IMG/VR virus record: IMGVR_UViG_3300024308_000016
Location: 124,001-188,000 of that record
Reading direction: 5' to 3' (one strand)
DNA: 64,000 nucleotides
Positions within the stretch are counted from its first letter, which is position 1; each line of letters starts with the position of its first letter. The notes under the pieces are model-generated. The model saw nothing but the letters and a program-made list of their open reading frames with translations, was not told the DNA's origin and did no database searches. Position numbers and translations under genes: made by a program. Shown piece by piece: positions 8,914 through 18,054 of the stretch.

Positions 8914-9783
8914 TCAGTTCTCCAGGTATTGCTTCAGGCGCTGTACAGCGCCCGGGTTGTTGAGATTGAAGACCGGGATCTTCATGGCTTGGCTCAATGC
9001 GGCGGCCAGACCAGCTTGTTGGGACTTGGGTCCACGGGTTTGCACCGACTCGACACCATCGTCCGACCAAATGATGGTCAGCTGGGCAGGCTCCTTGCAG
9101 TTCTTGCCCAGCACCATGCGCGTGGTCTTGAACCAGAAGGCTTGCTGCTTTTCATTGATCGAGCCCCACTCGGGCACGAAGCGACGAGTGAACTCCTTGC
9201 ACTCGTCGCCGTTGAACGTCGAGAATGCAGGGATGAAGTTGCCTTGTTGGTCCTTGAACTTCCAGGGCAGGTACACTTCAGCGCCGCGGCCAGCGATCTG
9301 GTGCGCCATGTCGTCGAATCCCTTGCCTTGGGAGACGCGGATGATGTAGCCGTGTTGGCGCAGCAGTGCCACCACTTCCTGCACCATGGGAGGGATGTGA
9401 TCCCGGCCTTCGGTGTTGTAGTTGCCCGTGAGCACCGCAGCCTTGGGGAGCACCAGTGCTTCGAGTTGCTGAGGGGTCAGAGGCGGCTTTTGGAAACGAT
9501 TGCCACCGCCACCGAATCCGCCACCGCCGCCGTAGCCGCCACCTTGGGGACGACCACCACCGTAGCCGCCACCGCCTCCACCATAGCCCGAAGAAGGAGC
9601 AGGAGCTTGGTAGCTGGGGGCAGGTGCTTGGTAAGCAGGAGCAGCAGGTGCCGGTGCCTGCACTGGGGCCTGGGGAGTGAAGCCCTCGCTGAAACCAGCG
9701 GGAGCTGCGGAGAAACCTGCGGGGGCAGGTGCTGGGGCTGCGGGCGCACCACCAGAAGAGTAACCGTTGTAGTAGTCAGACAT
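8914..9783 (-). CDS. DprA/SLOG-like protein with a Gly/Tyr/Pro-rich disordered N-terminus
   Basis: C-terminal GAEVYLPW...MVLG...P...IIWS.DG...IPVFNL pattern is typical of phage DprA-like SLOG proteins; SD AAGGAG upstream. Confidence 0.7.
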   Translation of the reverse strand: MSDYYNGYSSGGAPAAPAPAPAGFSAAPAGFSEGFTPQAPVQAPAPAAPAYQAPAPSYQAPAPSSGYGGGGGGYGGGRPQGGGYGGGGGFGGGGNRFQKPPLTPQQLEALVLPKAAVLTGNYNTEGRDHIPPMVQEVVALLRQHGYIIRVSQGKGFDDMAHQIAGRGAEVYLPWKFKDQQGNFIPAFSTFNGDECKEFTRRFVPEWGSINEKQQAFWFKTTRMVLGKNCKEPAQLTIIWSDDGVESVQTRGPKSQQAGLAAALSQAMKIPVFNLNNPGAVQRLKQYLEN

Positions 9784-9809
9784 GAGTGCTCCTTGAAATG
9801 CACCAGGGG

Positions 9810-9840
9810 AAAGAGACCGGATGAGGCCGAAGCCCCATCC
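9810..9840 (-). promoter_or_regulatory. UUCG-capped hairpin in the leader of the DprA-like gene
   Basis: Minus strand reads GGATGGGGC-TTCG-GCCTCATCC; a minus-strand TATG lies just upstream (about 9845-9848). Confidence 0.5.
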
Positions 9841-9870
9841 GTATACATAGGCCTTCGTCGGCTTTTGGCA

Positions 9871-10092
9871 TCAGTGAAATCTAGCAGTCAAATACGGACG
9901 CATATAAGTCGCTGCCGCCTCCACGCTCCACTCGGCCCAGTCACGAGCGTAGGGAGCAGCTGGATGCAGACGAACAAGGTCTGACGCAAAACCTTGGTAG
10001 ATTGAGGTCAGCTCTTGAGAGGCTGTCTCGCATAAAATGCGATAAGCCGGTAGTTTTTCTACCTGATTACGTAAATAGCGTATCAAGATCAA
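9871..10092 (-). CDS. Possible small hypothetical protein
   Basis: 73-aa ORF fills an otherwise empty 280-nt gap in a minus-strand cluster; TTG start; weak support. Confidence 0.3.
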   Translation of the reverse strand: MILIRYLRNQVEKLPAYRILCETASQELTSIYQGFASDLVRLHPAAPYARDWAEWSVEAAATYMRPYLTARFH

Positions 10093-11416
10093 AGTCGTTG
10101 ACCTTCAAAGCGTTGGTGTGCATGGCTTTCATGCGAGCTGCAAGGATAGCTGCGGAGATCTCGGTGAGCGGCAAAGCCACGCCCGTCTCATACCGAGCCA
10201 AAGCGTCACCTGCGCACGTCGAGCAGATACGTTCTCCTGGTGTTTTGCAGTACATGGGTGAGCGGGTGATCAGGGTCTGACCCAGGTACGCGCTCGTGTC
10301 TGCGTCCATGGGTACTTTGACTTGCTTGTTGCCGTAGATGATGGTGCGCCCTCGCAAGCTACCTACCAGCGACCGATCGTAGATGCGCTCCAGCCCCAAC
10401 TTGGAGCCACAATCACCTTGCACGATCACATAGTTGATAGCCGCATTGAGCATCTTCTTGGCAGCCACACCACCTTCCACGGTTTCTGCACCCCGGGAGA
10501 ACGAACCAGCACGAGCGCCATTGAAAGCTGCGACCAACTTGTCAGGCTGCCGGGGAATGCCCTCGGACAGGCTCTCGGTGATGGCGGTGATCTCACCCGC
10601 CTTGGCAAAGCCGCCTTCAGCACCCATGCCCAGGTACAGCTTCTTGCGTGAGTCGTTCAAGATCTTGCCAGATGTGAACTTCTTGAAGCTGGGGTCATCC
10701 TTGAGGTACTCGGCGTCATACGCTTTCAAGCGCTCCTCGTATTCAGCCAGCACAATGGGGTCGTTGAGTCGATCTCCGTACTCCTTGATGAGCTGTGCCT
10801 TGAACTTATCGATGCCCGTCGGAGGCATGATTGTCTTTTCGGTCAAAGCCACCGTAAACAACTCCATCACGGAGGCGAGTAGCTCAATGCCTTTGCTCAT
10901 GTTGTTGTTCTCGAACGCATAGATCGGTCCAGTAAAGTCCCGCTCCTTGATGGGTTCGAGTTGCTCGGGTGTGAGCGGTACATCGATGTTGTCGTAGTTG
11001 GGATCATTGGCCAGGCGAGGAGCGATCATTTTCTCGATGCCCGAGACGCTCACTTCGCCATTGATGTACGGCAGCTTGCCACCGAACACCTCCCAGATCA
11101 TGATGGCGTTGGTGATCAAGATCCCGAAGTCCGTCTCCACGGTACCTTCAATGTTCACCGCCCACGATTCATCGACCACCACCTTGTCCTGGGGAATGAA
11201 CAACGGGCCGCTTCCCGAGTAGTCGTCGATCTTGATCTTCTCGCCAGCCTCATCGAGAAAGAACAAACCTTGCATCTCCCGCATCGGGGTGTAGGGGTCA
11301 GTCGGCAGAGGCTGACCTGGAGGTTCGGCGAACTCGCTGAGATTACGGATGAGCCAATTGGCCTTCCGGTACAGCTTGTGCTTGAAGGCCAGTTTCAGAT
11401 ATTGGTTTTTCTTCAC
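10067..11416 (-). CDS. Virion RNA polymerase beta' C-terminal subunit (phiKZ gp80-like)
   Basis: 449 aa; GARAGSFSRGAETVEGG bridge-helix region, DCGS, RSPMYC...CSTCAG Zn site, ending MKAMH. Confidence 0.88.
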   Translation of the reverse strand: MKKNQYLKLAFKHKLYRKANWLIRNLSEFAEPPGQPLPTDPYTPMREMQGLFFLDEAGEKIKIDDYSGSGPLFIPQDKVVVDESWAVNIEGTVETDFGILITNAIMIWEVFGGKLPYINGEVSVSGIEKMIAPRLANDPNYDNIDVPLTPEQLEPIKERDFTGPIYAFENNNMSKGIELLASVMELFTVALTEKTIMPPTGIDKFKAQLIKEYGDRLNDPIVLAEYEERLKAYDAEYLKDDPSFKKFTSGKILNDSRKKLYLGMGAEGGFAKAGEITAITESLSEGIPRQPDKLVAAFNGARAGSFSRGAETVEGGVAAKKMLNAAINYVIVQGDCGSKLGLERIYDRSLVGSLRGRTIIYGNKQVKVPMDADTSAYLGQTLITRSPMYCKTPGERICSTCAGDALARYETGVALPLTEISAAILAARMKAMHTNALKVNDFDLDTLFT

Positions 11417-12261
11417 GACTTATTGCCCTCACGGTGGCGGTGCAGCTTGTTGACCATCACACCGATGGTCGAACCCAGCCGAGATGCGGTAAACAGATCT
11501 GGCACCAAGTCGGCGCTGTACTCCTGGTACACTTGCATAGGATCCTTGACCCCATCACTGGAGTACAGCAGCAAAAACAGCAGCAGCTCCACCAGCGTAT
11601 TCTCGTCGGTGATCAGTTGCCTGAGCTCCTGGTACAGAGGCAAGTACAGTGAGAACTCCTCACCCGCGATGGCGTCTGAGTTCAAGATCACTCGTACACC
11701 AGCGTTGATACCAAACACCTCCTTGAACAGGCGCACGTATTCTTGCACCTGGGCATTGGCGGGCTCGGCTCGGTTGGTCTGGTTGTCTTCCTGGGTATAC
11801 AGGTACTGGCTGAGCATGGTGATGCAGATAGGGCGCACCTCCTGGAGCTCCGAGAGGATGGTGGGTACCGGCACATCGCTGAGCATGTTCATGATGGTCG
11901 CGATCTTCTCGTCATCTGTCATGAGGGACTCCAGCACCCGCAGGAAAGGTGTGGCGCAGTCGAGCTTTTGGACCATGTACAGGCAGCGCAGCATCATAGC
12001 TCGCGTGGCGAGCGTGGCTTCTTCGTGCACTTTGATGCCGTGGCGGTCGAGCAAGTAGTCTTGACCTTCCACAATACGGTTGGTCACCCCGTCTTGCATC
12101 GCCTCCGGACCCACGTACGATTCCATCATCAGCATGTTCTGTATATCGGCAAATGGATCGAGGTAATTGAATACCCGAAACAGGCCAAACGTCTGATAGA
12201 TATCCTCTTTGGCGTCTTCGCTGTAGACCGAGTTGATAAAGATATCGATAAGATCTTCCAT
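11413..12261 (-). CDS. Conserved hypothetical protein
   Basis: 282 aa; 4-nt overlap with the vRNAP gene (translational coupling); helical composition. Confidence 0.75.
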   Translation of the reverse strand: MEDLIDIFINSVYSEDAKEDIYQTFGLFRVFNYLDPFADIQNMLMMESYVGPEAMQDGVTNRIVEGQDYLLDRHGIKVHEEATLATRAMMLRCLYMVQKLDCATPFLRVLESLMTDDEKIATIMNMLSDVPVPTILSELQEVRPICITMLSQYLYTQEDNQTNRAEPANAQVQEYVRLFKEVFGINAGVRVILNSDAIAGEEFSLYLPLYQELRQLITDENTLVELLLFLLLYSSDGVKDPMQVYQEYSADLVPDLFTASRLGSTIGVMVNKLHRHREGNKS

Positions 12262-12411
12262 GTAGACCCCTTAACACATATATAAAGAGCGCGCTATAGG
12301 CGCTAAACCATAAGATGGCTTTTCCCCTACTATAGGGTTGAATAACTATCAGCTGCCTCGATCATGTAGGGTAGATCCCTATCATTGACTCATCAACACC
12401 AAGAGGCTTTC

Positions 12412-13023
12412 ATGCAAGTGTCCGGCATCCCTTCGTCTTTGCGCAACAAATATCCCCAGTTTCGGACAGGCGAAACCACCAAGCCTGTCGATCAACTCGC
12501 AGTCAATCTGCAGTACCAGAAAAAGGTCGCTGAGCTCACGGAAAAGCTTCAAAAGACCTCGCCCCTGTGGCCGATCCTGGGCGAGAACTTGGTGACGCTC
12601 ACCAATTTCAACGGTCATCTGAACCTGCGCCTCGATTTCCTGGACCTGGACAACCTGCGGTCCCGGGAAAAGGCCAACCTTCAGCTCGCTGAGTTCTTTT
12701 TCAAGCACTTCCAGACCCCCGAAGACTGGGCAGCCTACTCAGAGAACTATCGCAAGTTCATCGAAGATGACGAAAAAGTCTATGGCCACCATCCCGCCAA
12801 CCCCAAGATCTCCACACGGCTGGCTGGTGAGCTGCAGCTCAAAGGCGGCGACCGTTACTTTGTTCGCCAGGCATCGTACTCGCACCTGTTTCAGTACCTG
12901 CTCAACCGTGACCAGGCCACGTATGCCAACTTCCCCCAGGGCGAATGGGACTACCAGCTGGGTAAGATGAAGCACATCTACGTGGCTGTGTTCCGTGCCA
13001 CGCGTGAGTGGAACAAGTACTGA
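12412..13023 (+). CDS. Hypothetical protein
   Basis: Start moved to ATG 12412 (AGAGG upstream); divergent from the 11413-12261 gene; codon usage is coding-like. Confidence 0.7.
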   Translation: MQVSGIPSSLRNKYPQFRTGETTKPVDQLAVNLQYQKKVAELTEKLQKTSPLWPILGENLVTLTNFNGHLNLRLDFLDLDNLRSREKANLQLAEFFFKHFQTPEDWAAYSENYRKFIEDDEKVYGHHPANPKISTRLAGELQLKGGDRYFVRQASYSHLFQYLLNRDQATYANFPQGEWDYQLGKMKHIYVAVFRATREWNKY

Positions 13024-13108
13024 TCATTCAAAAAAAGATAGGGACCTGTCCATAGATGGACAGTCCCGCTTTCCGCATCCCCCTGTATACCTCTTCAAAG
13101 ACACTGTT

Positions 13109-13654
13109 ATGATTTCCACCAAACCGAAAAACACTGCGCAGCAGATCTATGACGGCTTCAAGGTCGGCTCCGGCGACAACTGGGACGAGCTGGCCAATGG
13201 CCAAGAGGAAAAGATCCGCGCGATCATCGCCGAAAGCTCCGTGGGCATCAAGACTGCCACCGACGACGTGGTCGCCGCCGGCCTGATCGACGAAGAATAC
13301 AACGTCATGGCGCGCGGCGTGATGCGCGACCTGCAGGACTTCGCTACGCGTTTCCAGATCCTGACCGAACGCCGCGGCGGCCGCACCGGTCCCACCAAGG
13401 ACGACAAGGACTACACCGACTACATGAACCTGGGCCTGGAATACGTGGCTCTGGACCAGGAAATGAGCGTGGTCTTGCCCATGGGTCTGGTGAACCTGGC
13501 CGAATACCAGGGCCGGGCCCAACGCGTCTTCCAAGAGCGTGAACTGGAAAAGGCCCAGGACGTGAATGTCATCACCGACGTGCAAATCAAAGAACCCAAG
13601 CCGGCACAAGAGCCGGCACCTGAAGCCGACACCGCCGAGGAAGCCCAGCAATGA
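13109..13654 (+). CDS. Conserved hypothetical protein (ends ...DVNVITDV... plus an acidic tail)
   Basis: Start moved to ATG 13109; strong C/G3 codon bias; ATGA overlap with the next gene. Confidence 0.75.
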   Translation: MISTKPKNTAQQIYDGFKVGSGDNWDELANGQEEKIRAIIAESSVGIKTATDDVVAAGLIDEEYNVMARGVMRDLQDFATRFQILTERRGGRTGPTKDDKDYTDYMNLGLEYVALDQEMSVVLPMGLVNLAEYQGRAQRVFQERELEKAQDVNVITDVQIKEPKPAQEPAPEADTAEEAQQ

Positions 13655-15324
13655 GCGAGAACACCCATCTGCCCGAGATCCCGGAAGAAGATCCCTTCAA
13701 GCTCCAGGAATACGTGCCCGAACCCCCAACTGCTCCTCCCGTGTACCGTCCGGCCGCGCCTGGCCACGCGCCCGTGATCAGCTCCGCGCCTGAAGTGCCT
13801 CCGGCAGAACCCACAGCTGCACCCCAAGCGCCCCAAGCAGCAGCCCCGGTCAATCCCCGTGACCCTTTCCGCGCGATCGTGGACTCCCTGGCCAGCGGCG
13901 AGCCCGCTCGCGCCCAGATGGCACGCGACATGGTCTCCGACAAGCAAACGCCAGCCATCGAAAGCCTGCGTATGCCCTCGGCGGACATCCACCAGAACAC
14001 GGACCTGCTCAGCCGCTTCCCCAACATGACCAAGTCGGCCTCGGAAGACGACGCTGAATGGCTGTCGACCTTCATCGACGGCCTGCGCATGGTCTCGGCC
14101 AACCGCCAGTACCTGAATGCCCTCACCCGTGAAGGCTCCGACTGGCGCCAAGGTCTGTTCGACAACGGCGATGTCATTCGCTCGCAGATCCCGCGCTTTG
14201 CCCGTCCCAAGGGCGAGATGCTGACTGGCTCGTCAGCCATCCAGCACGCTGTCAGCTACCTGGGTCTGGGTGATACGTTCACTGCGGCCATGTGGAATTC
14301 CGGCTTCTGGGTGACGTTCACTCCGATGCCCGAAGTGGCGTGGCTGGAACTGAACCGTCTGCTGGGTGCTGAAGAAGTGCGTCTGGGCCGCAACAGCTAT
14401 GGTCTGGCCCACTCGGGTACCACGCAGCTGACGCAGGAGACGATCGTCAACTACGTGCTGCAGTTCGTGTACTCCACGTCGGTGAAGTCCAACGAGATGC
14501 CCGTGGCCTCCATCCCGCAGTACCTGTCGGTGCACGACATCAACTCGTTCCTGTGGGGCTTCGTGTGCGCCAACTTCCCCCACGGCTTCACCATCGAGCG
14601 CTCGTGCGTGGTCGACCCCACCCACTGCCGCAACAAGGTCGAAGAAACCCTGGAAATGCCTGAACTCCAGGTGGTGGACAACTCCGTGCTCGATACCGGC
14701 CTGCGCGCGCACATGCGCAAACGTCAACAAGGCTCCGTGCCTTTGCAAGCGGTGCTGGACTACCAGGAAAAGCTGGCTCTGAATACGCCTCAGGTCGTGG
14801 ACGTGCAGACGGGTTCGGGCAAGGTCGTCAAGATGACGCTTTCCCCGCCCACCGCTCTGCAAGCATTCGATATGAGCCACGCCCACGTGGACATGGTCAC
14901 TACAGCCGTGCAAAAGACCGTCACCCAGGACACGTCGCTGCGTGAGCGTCACATGGCCCTGAACGACTACTTCACCGCCACCGAGATGCGTATCTACCAG
15001 CACTGGGTCAAGTCAATCGAACTCGGCGATGGCAACATCGTGGAGAAGGAAGAAGACATCCAAAAGCTGCTGGGCACGTTCTCCAAGGACGCGACCATGC
15101 GCATGTCGTTCCTGGACGAGATCAGCAAGTACATCGACAAGTCGGTGGCCTCCATCATCGCCCTGTCGCCCATGGTGTGCAAGAAGTGCGGCGCAGACCA
15201 TTCCCGCAAGTCGGCCCACAACCCGGAACTGCGTGACGTCATCCCATTCGACATCACCCATGTTTTTTCGCTCCTCGCCGAGTTCAAAGCCCGGATGGTC
15301 CGCGCGAGGGCATCCATCGAGTAA
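13651..15324 (+). CDS. Putative tail/baseplate-hub assembly chaperone (T4 gp26-like; G partner of a possible G/GT pair)
   Basis: 557 aa; two Cys pairs (C....THC and CKKC); ends near an F codon inside a T6 run; the function call is inference. Confidence 0.7.
   Translation: MSENTHLPEIPEEDPFKLQEYVPEPPTAPPVYRPAAPGHAPVISSAPEVPPAEPTAAPQAPQAAAPVNPRDPFRAIVDSLASGEPARAQMARDMVSDKQTPAIESLRMPSADIHQNTDLLSRFPNMTKSASEDDAEWLSTFIDGLRMVSANRQYLNALTREGSDWRQGLFDNGDVIRSQIPRFARPKGEMLTGSSAIQHAVSYLGLGDTFTAAMWNSGFWVTFTPMPEVAWLELNRLLGAEEVRLGRNSYGLAHSGTTQLTQETIVNYVLQFVYSTSVKSNEMPVASIPQYLSVHDINSFLWGFVCANFPHGFTIERSCVVDPTHCRNKVEETLEMPELQVVDNSVLDTGLRAHMRKRQQGSVPLQAVLDYQEKLALNTPQVVDVQTGSGKVVKMTLSPPTALQAFDMSHAHVDMVTTAVQKTVTQDTSLRERHMALNDYFTATEMRIYQHWVKSIELGDGNIVEKEEDIQKLLGTFSKDATMRMSFLDEISKYIDKSVASIIALSPMVCKKCGADHSRKSAHNPELRDVIPFDITHVFSLLAEFKARMVRARASIE
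15262..15269 (+). other. Candidate -1 ribosomal frameshift site GTTTTTTC
   Basis: Six Ts (15263-15268) in a gene that otherwise uses TTC for Phe; the -1 frame is open from 15237 to 15815; stem CCTCGC/GCGAGG at 15273-15309. Confidence 0.55.
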
Positions 15325-15380
15325 CTGCAGGCTTTTACCATCCTCTTGACGACGCATTCCACGAGAAGGTCGTCAAGAAT

Positions 15381-15815
15381 GTGAACCTGCAGGAATACCT
15401 GGAAGATATCCTGAGCCGCTTGAAGTTCTCCACCTATGCAGAGGCGGATCGCTATCTGAAGCTGCATTATGAGACGGTCTTCAAGATCCACGACCATAAC
15501 AAGGACTTCCAGACTACGGGAAAAGCATCTGTGACACTTCGGCACTCCGGGATGGGTGCCGGGGACTATGAAGTCATTGACAAGCTGCTTCCCGCATATA
15601 CTGACAACTTCATCCGTGAGGTCACGGATATGTCATTTGAACGCTACATCATGCTGCCCAGGCCCATGATGCATGCGTTTAACCGCAGGTGCAAGATCAT
15701 CCATGTCGAGCGCTTGAAGAAGGAAGATGAAGCTAAGGCCAAAGCCGAAGAGCAGCTCAGGCTGCTGATGGGAGGCAAGCTTCCCACAGGCGATCATCCT
15801 CGCACTCCGATGTGA
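15381..15815 (+). CDS. Putative T-partner of a tail assembly chaperone (T4 gp51-like C-terminal region)
   Basis: 144 aa from GTG; the frame extends upstream without a canonical start to 15237; the C-terminal segment MSFERYIMLPR...ERLKKE is gp51/GT-like by eye. Confidence 0.7.
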   Translation: MNLQEYLEDILSRLKFSTYAEADRYLKLHYETVFKIHDHNKDFQTTGKASVTLRHSGMGAGDYEVIDKLLPAYTDNFIREVTDMSFERYIMLPRPMMHAFNRRCKIIHVERLKKEDEAKAKAEEQLRLLMGGKLPTGDHPRTPM

Positions 15816-15816
15816 C

Positions 15817-15873
15817 GCATAGCTACCTGTCCCAGAGCCCCCACTACGGGAGGCTCTGGGGCGGAGGCTATGT
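15817..15873 (+). terminator. CATA...TATG-bracketed long hairpin
   Basis: CATAGC...CCCAGAGCC-loop-GGCTCTGGG...GCTATG. Confidence 0.7.
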
Positions 15874-16062
15874 CTATCATTTGGTAAAATTGAATCAAGA
15901 CCACAGTTACGCAAGAAGGGGGCGTGCTTTGTAGAGGTGAGGCACTGGCTGCCTACGTGAGACTTTGCCTGTCGCACGTTTGGGGCTCATGCAGCTTCAT
16001 CGCCTCTATCTTTTTATCTAGTCATCTCCATCTTTGATCGTCTCCAGAGCAAAGACTTATCT

Positions 16063-16092
16063 CTACCACCGTCCCTTGCGGGGCGGTGGTAG
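16063..16092 (-). terminator. Hairpin after the DNA polymerase gene
   Basis: CTACCACCGTCCC-TTGC-GGGGCGGTGGTAG (GCAA loop on minus strand). Confidence 0.7.
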
Positions 16093-16099
16093 GGACCTT

Positions 16100-17929
16100 T
16101 TATGCCTTTGGCTTCATTTGGTCCATGTCGTACATCGCCAGCCAGTCCATGAGCTTAGGAGCTTGGAACATGCGCGTTGTGTACTCGATGGCATTGGTTG
16201 GACCGAACACGAGGTTCAGATTGTTGCGGCGGAAGAACTCCTCGTCATATCCACCGATCTTGACCACTTCCTTACGGGTAGTGACCTTGGAGACGTTACC
16301 CACCTGAGTGCATGAGGGATAGCTGCTGACAGCATCGGAGTCATAGGTAAACGCCCGGATACCGGTAGTCACATATGGAGCATCAAACAACAGCTTCAGA
16401 CCAGGAGCTGAGAGATGCGAGCTCAGTGTGAGCACCCATCCCTTGCGACTGAGGGTGGGCGGAGCATTGTCCTCTTCTTCCTCCTCTTCGTCTTCGTCCT
16501 CATCATCGTCCCCGTATTCACTTTCCGGAAACTCCTCCTGGATAGGTGGCGCATCCTTGGCGTGTCCCACAGTTCCCACCATCTGACCGTGCTTCTCCAA
16601 TGCGAACACATAGAAGGAGTCACGCAGGCGTTTGGGTTGGGAGTTGCACTGATCGAAACTGGTAATGCCGGCCATACCAGGCAGTTTGTGGCTCAGATCT
16701 CGAGTGACCAGGTCCAGGAAGTTCATGGAGATGGTGTCGAACAATGCGTAGGCGATGTAGATCAACTTGTGGTTGGCCTGCATCTCCTGGTGCCAGCGCT
16801 CCTTGACATACATGTCCGCTGGTGCGTGGGTGAGCTTTCTTATCTTGCCGTCGAAGATCTTGTTCAAGATGAAGTCCAGCGCATAGGAGCGTTCTTCTTG
16901 CTCGCCTAACCGCAGTAGTCGAAATGCCGACATGGCGTCAACTATGGTAAAGCTAGCACTCAAGAACAGAAAGTGCCACTGGTCATATGGAGCCACCGGC
17001 TTGGCTTTGCCTGACGCTGCAACCTTCTTGGTCTGACCACGCTTATACCTGGCGATGCGGTAGTCCCAGGGGATCATGGGGTCGCACAAGATCTGACGGG
17101 GGTCAACTCCGGCTTTCTTGCAGGCATCGAGGACTTTGGTAACGTCAAAGTCCATGTTCCAGATGCTCATCCAGTCAGGCTTGCGGTCGTGGAACCACTT
17201 GAAGCTTTTCTCCACGATCTCGATCTCGGTATCCACCAGCTCGTACGTGATCTTCATGTCTGCGTACTCGATGGCCTGACCTGTCTTGTCGTGGAGGAAC
17301 TTCTTGAACTCCGGATCATGAGGGACATGGAGCTTCTTGAGCACGACAGCTTGGAACTGGCGCTCGAACTCTTCATCGCTCATGAAGTTCAGGAAGTCTC
17401 GCCGGATGATGGCGTGGGCTTCTGGCAGCATCGTCATCGTACCGATGATGATCTCCTCGGTGCCGTACAACACGTCAGTCTCTGTGTCAAAGGAGGCGTT
17501 CTTGTAGGCGCCGCGAACGATGTGCTTGTTGTCCTTTTGGTACAGCTCCCGATGCATGATGGCTGTAGAGGGCACATCGGCTGCATATATATAAGGAGAG
17601 CACAGCAGCTCTGACAGAGACTCTTTGGACCAGGGCCGACCGACAGCCGTGGCTACCACATTACGCAATGCCGACTGCGTGGTCATGATCACGTCCAGTC
17701 TATCGAGAGGCTCGTGCTCTTTCTTATCTTGGTAGGTGCGGTACATGGGCTTGAGAATGCCCACAGGACGCTTAAAGTCCTTTAAGATGCGCATGAACGG
17801 AGTGACAGAGCCGTCCTTCATATGCAGGTACTCTTTGATGAGGTGGTAGTCCTCTCCGTTCGGCCCGACGGGAAGATGCAGGCCAAAGCGCCACTCTCGG
17901 CCTAAGATGTCTTCCTTTTTGATTGCCAT
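16100..17929 (-). CDS. Split family-B DNA polymerase, exonuclease plus motif-A subunit (phiKZ gp82-like)
   Basis: 609 aa; ExoI FDTETD, ExoII WNMDFDV, ExoIII YALFD and motif A DSDAVSSYPS; no motif C. Confidence 0.88.
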   Translation of the reverse strand: MAIKKEDILGREWRFGLHLPVGPNGEDYHLIKEYLHMKDGSVTPFMRILKDFKRPVGILKPMYRTYQDKKEHEPLDRLDVIMTTQSALRNVVATAVGRPWSKESLSELLCSPYIYAADVPSTAIMHRELYQKDNKHIVRGAYKNASFDTETDVLYGTEEIIIGTMTMLPEAHAIIRRDFLNFMSDEEFERQFQAVVLKKLHVPHDPEFKKFLHDKTGQAIEYADMKITYELVDTEIEIVEKSFKWFHDRKPDWMSIWNMDFDVTKVLDACKKAGVDPRQILCDPMIPWDYRIARYKRGQTKKVAASGKAKPVAPYDQWHFLFLSASFTIVDAMSAFRLLRLGEQEERSYALDFILNKIFDGKIRKLTHAPADMYVKERWHQEMQANHKLIYIAYALFDTISMNFLDLVTRDLSHKLPGMAGITSFDQCNSQPKRLRDSFYVFALEKHGQMVGTVGHAKDAPPIQEEFPESEYGDDDEDEDEEEEEEDNAPPTLSRKGWVLTLSSHLSAPGLKLLFDAPYVTTGIRAFTYDSDAVSSYPSCTQVGNVSKVTTRKEVVKIGGYDEEFFRRNNLNLVFGPTNAIEYTTRMFQAPKLMDWLAMYDMDQMKPKA

Positions 17930-18054
17930 GTCCAGTATTCCTTTGCTCTATATCTTATTGGCTCGGATATCCAGTGAGCCTCGTTCACGAGATGAACCTG
18001 CTTTCGGGTATTTCTACAAACTCTATTAACAAGCCTCTCTCAGGAGAATTCAAA

